DNA of 9,059 nucleotides, taken from Azolla caroliniana. Lineage: Eukaryota > Plantae > Polypodiophyta. This document shows positions 7,385 through 9,059 of the stretch, piece by piece (position 1 is the first letter of the stretch; each line of letters opens with the position of its first letter). The position numbers and the translations under genes were made by a program. The stretch spans positions 1 through 9,059 of the forward strand of contig JBHGNT010001393.1 of assembly GCA_043228905.1 (NCBI GenBank). Direction: 5' to 3'. The notes beneath the pieces were generated by a model, which was not told the origin of the DNA, searched no databases, and worked only from the letters and a program-made list of their open reading frames with translations.

Positions 7385-7686
7385 ACGGTCTAAGCTTTTA
7401 AAGGAAGCTCTATTATTGCATTCGTTCTCTCTCTCTCTGTCTCTCTCTCAGAGAGGCACTATGCAAGAATGATCAAGAGTTATTACTTTACAACACTAGG
7501 TTATTGCTTATATACTAAACCCTAACTCTTTAGACGAGTTCACACTAGGATACAAATTGGAAGGAGTCCGCCTTTTATGCCAACAAACTACCACGTAAAA
7601 GGACTACCCTTTCCTACATATACAAGTGTTTGGGCTTATCTCGTCCGTAAACATAGATTACAAAACTAATCTAAATTTATGTTACA
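7385..7686 (-). repeat. Possible partial LTR (LTR D)
   Basis: Minus-strand TGTAAC start at 7686, subterminal hairpin TAGATTA/TAATCTA at 7654-7673, GTATATAAG at 7507-7515, and a TC microsatellite. No partner in the window. Confidence 0.35.
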
Positions 7687-7709
7687 AGTCAGTCAACATA
7701 TAGCCGAAT

Positions 7710-9059
7710 CGGTAGAGACGAGGTCCAGGATGTGATGATACTGCACCTCAATATGCTTTGTCTTTGTGTGATAGACAGGATTGTTGATGAGTTGTATTCC
7801 ATTCTGTGAGTCGCAATAGATAGTTGACGTTGGTTGGTCGATTCTACCTGTAGCTGAAAATCGCCAAACAGTCCGTCCATCTAGCTCGCTTCCTTTGTTG
7901 CCTCCAATGTTGCTATGTACTCAGCCTCTGTGGTCGATAGAGCCATGCACTCTTGAAGTTTCAACCTCCATCTTATCACACCGCCACCATATGTGAAGAT
8001 GTAGCCTAGTAATGTCAACATCCGATTGTCCATATTTCCGGCATAGTCGGAGTCAGTGTAGCCTTCTACTTTGGTTGAGGTTGTCAAACCGAAAGTCAGT
8101 TGTGCATCCATGGTTCCTTTTAGATACCTAAGGATGTGCTTGACGACCTCCCAATGCTTCCGTCCTAGGTTTGACATGTACCGGCTAACCATCCCTACGA
8201 CATAAGCTAGGTCAGATCGGGTCGCCACTATTGCGTACATGATACTTCCTACGGCTGATGCGTAGGGCATCTTTCCATTAAGCTCTCTCTCATTGTCCAT
8301 TGAAGGAGAGTCTCTGTCCGATAGTTGGATCGACGTTGGAAGCAGTGTTGGTGTTGGCTTCGCATTCTCCCTATTGAAGCACTTCAGCACCTTTCGGATA
8401 TAGTTCGACTAGGAGAGTCGGAGAGTCTTGGTCGTCAAATTTCGCTCGATCCTCATGCCCAGTATGTGACGGGCTTGTCCGAATTCCTTCATCGCAAACT
8501 TGTTATGAAGGCTCAACTTTAGCTTCCTTATTTCTGTTTGATTGCTACCTGCAATCAACATGTCGTCGACATATAGGATCAAGTAAATCCTAGAATCATC
8601 AGCCAGTTGCCAAATGTACATGCATGGGTCAGAGTCTAATTGGTGGTATCCAAACTGCCTGATGTAGGATTCAAACTTCTGGTACCACATTCTCGGCTCC
8701 TATTTCAAGCCATAGCGACTTTTCTTTAGTCGACATACGAGGTGACATTCCTCCCCCGTCGCTATGAAGCTTGCCGGTTGAGACATGTAGATGTCTTCTT
8801 CCAGATCTTCGTGTAGGAATGCCTTCTTTGTGTCCATCTACTCGAGCTCCAAGTCTTCTATCACTACAACTCCTAGTAGGAGTCTGAGGGTGGTCATCTT
8901 GACTACTGGTGAGAATATCTTGTCGTAGTCGCCCCATATTCTTGTTTGAACCCTTTCACGACAAGCCAACCTTAGTACTTGGATTTCTCTGATTCCGATA
9001 CATATTTGTATCGGAAAACCCATTTGCAAGGTAGCGGTTTTCTTCTAGCTGGTAGTTCG
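7710..9059 (-). pseudogene. pol: Degenerate Ty1/copia RT-RNase H (copia B, Tnt1/Tork-like)
   Basis: PCKWVFRYK, IFSPVVKMTTLR, ELE*MDTKKAFLHEDLEEDIYMSQP, LYVDDMLI, PYASAVGSIMYA, GYTDSDYAG, LSTTEAEY, YCDSQ, TKHIEVQYH. Multiple stops (8838, 8409, 7881) and frameshifts. Confidence 0.92.

Noticed and set aside
6643-7401. Hydrophobic ORFs (6643..6984, 6824..7225, 7204..7401) as env-like genes
   Set aside because: They are translations of low-complexity LTR sequence and microsatellites and are not located between pol and a PPT.

Overview
This is eukaryotic, land-plant-type repeat DNA (a bryophyte host is plausible but is inference). It has no host genes and consists of nested LTR retrotransposons that all read on the minus strand. 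The core is a complete but decayed Ty1/copia element, copia A (496-6211). It has 394/401-bp LTRs about 97% identical, an AAGAG target-site duplication, a tRNA-iMet PBS, a PPT, and a gag-pol broken by six nonsense codons and one 7-bp frameshift. Copia A sits inside the 5' LTR of a Ty3/gypsy-like element whose PBS and gag start (1-354, absent from the ORF track) lie at the left edge. To the right are two further probable LTRs (6662-7384 and 7385-7686) and an old Tnt1/Tork-like copia RT-RNase H remnant (about 7710-9059). The most unusual signals are (i) a tRNA-Asp-like RNA polymerase III unit (A box, B box, T5) embedded antisense in the gypsy LTR U3, and (ii) a ~530-bp segment between two identical PPT copies in copia A that continues the pol frame as an acidic/basic tail and carries a relic of the element's own U3. 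All alignments and counts were done by eye.
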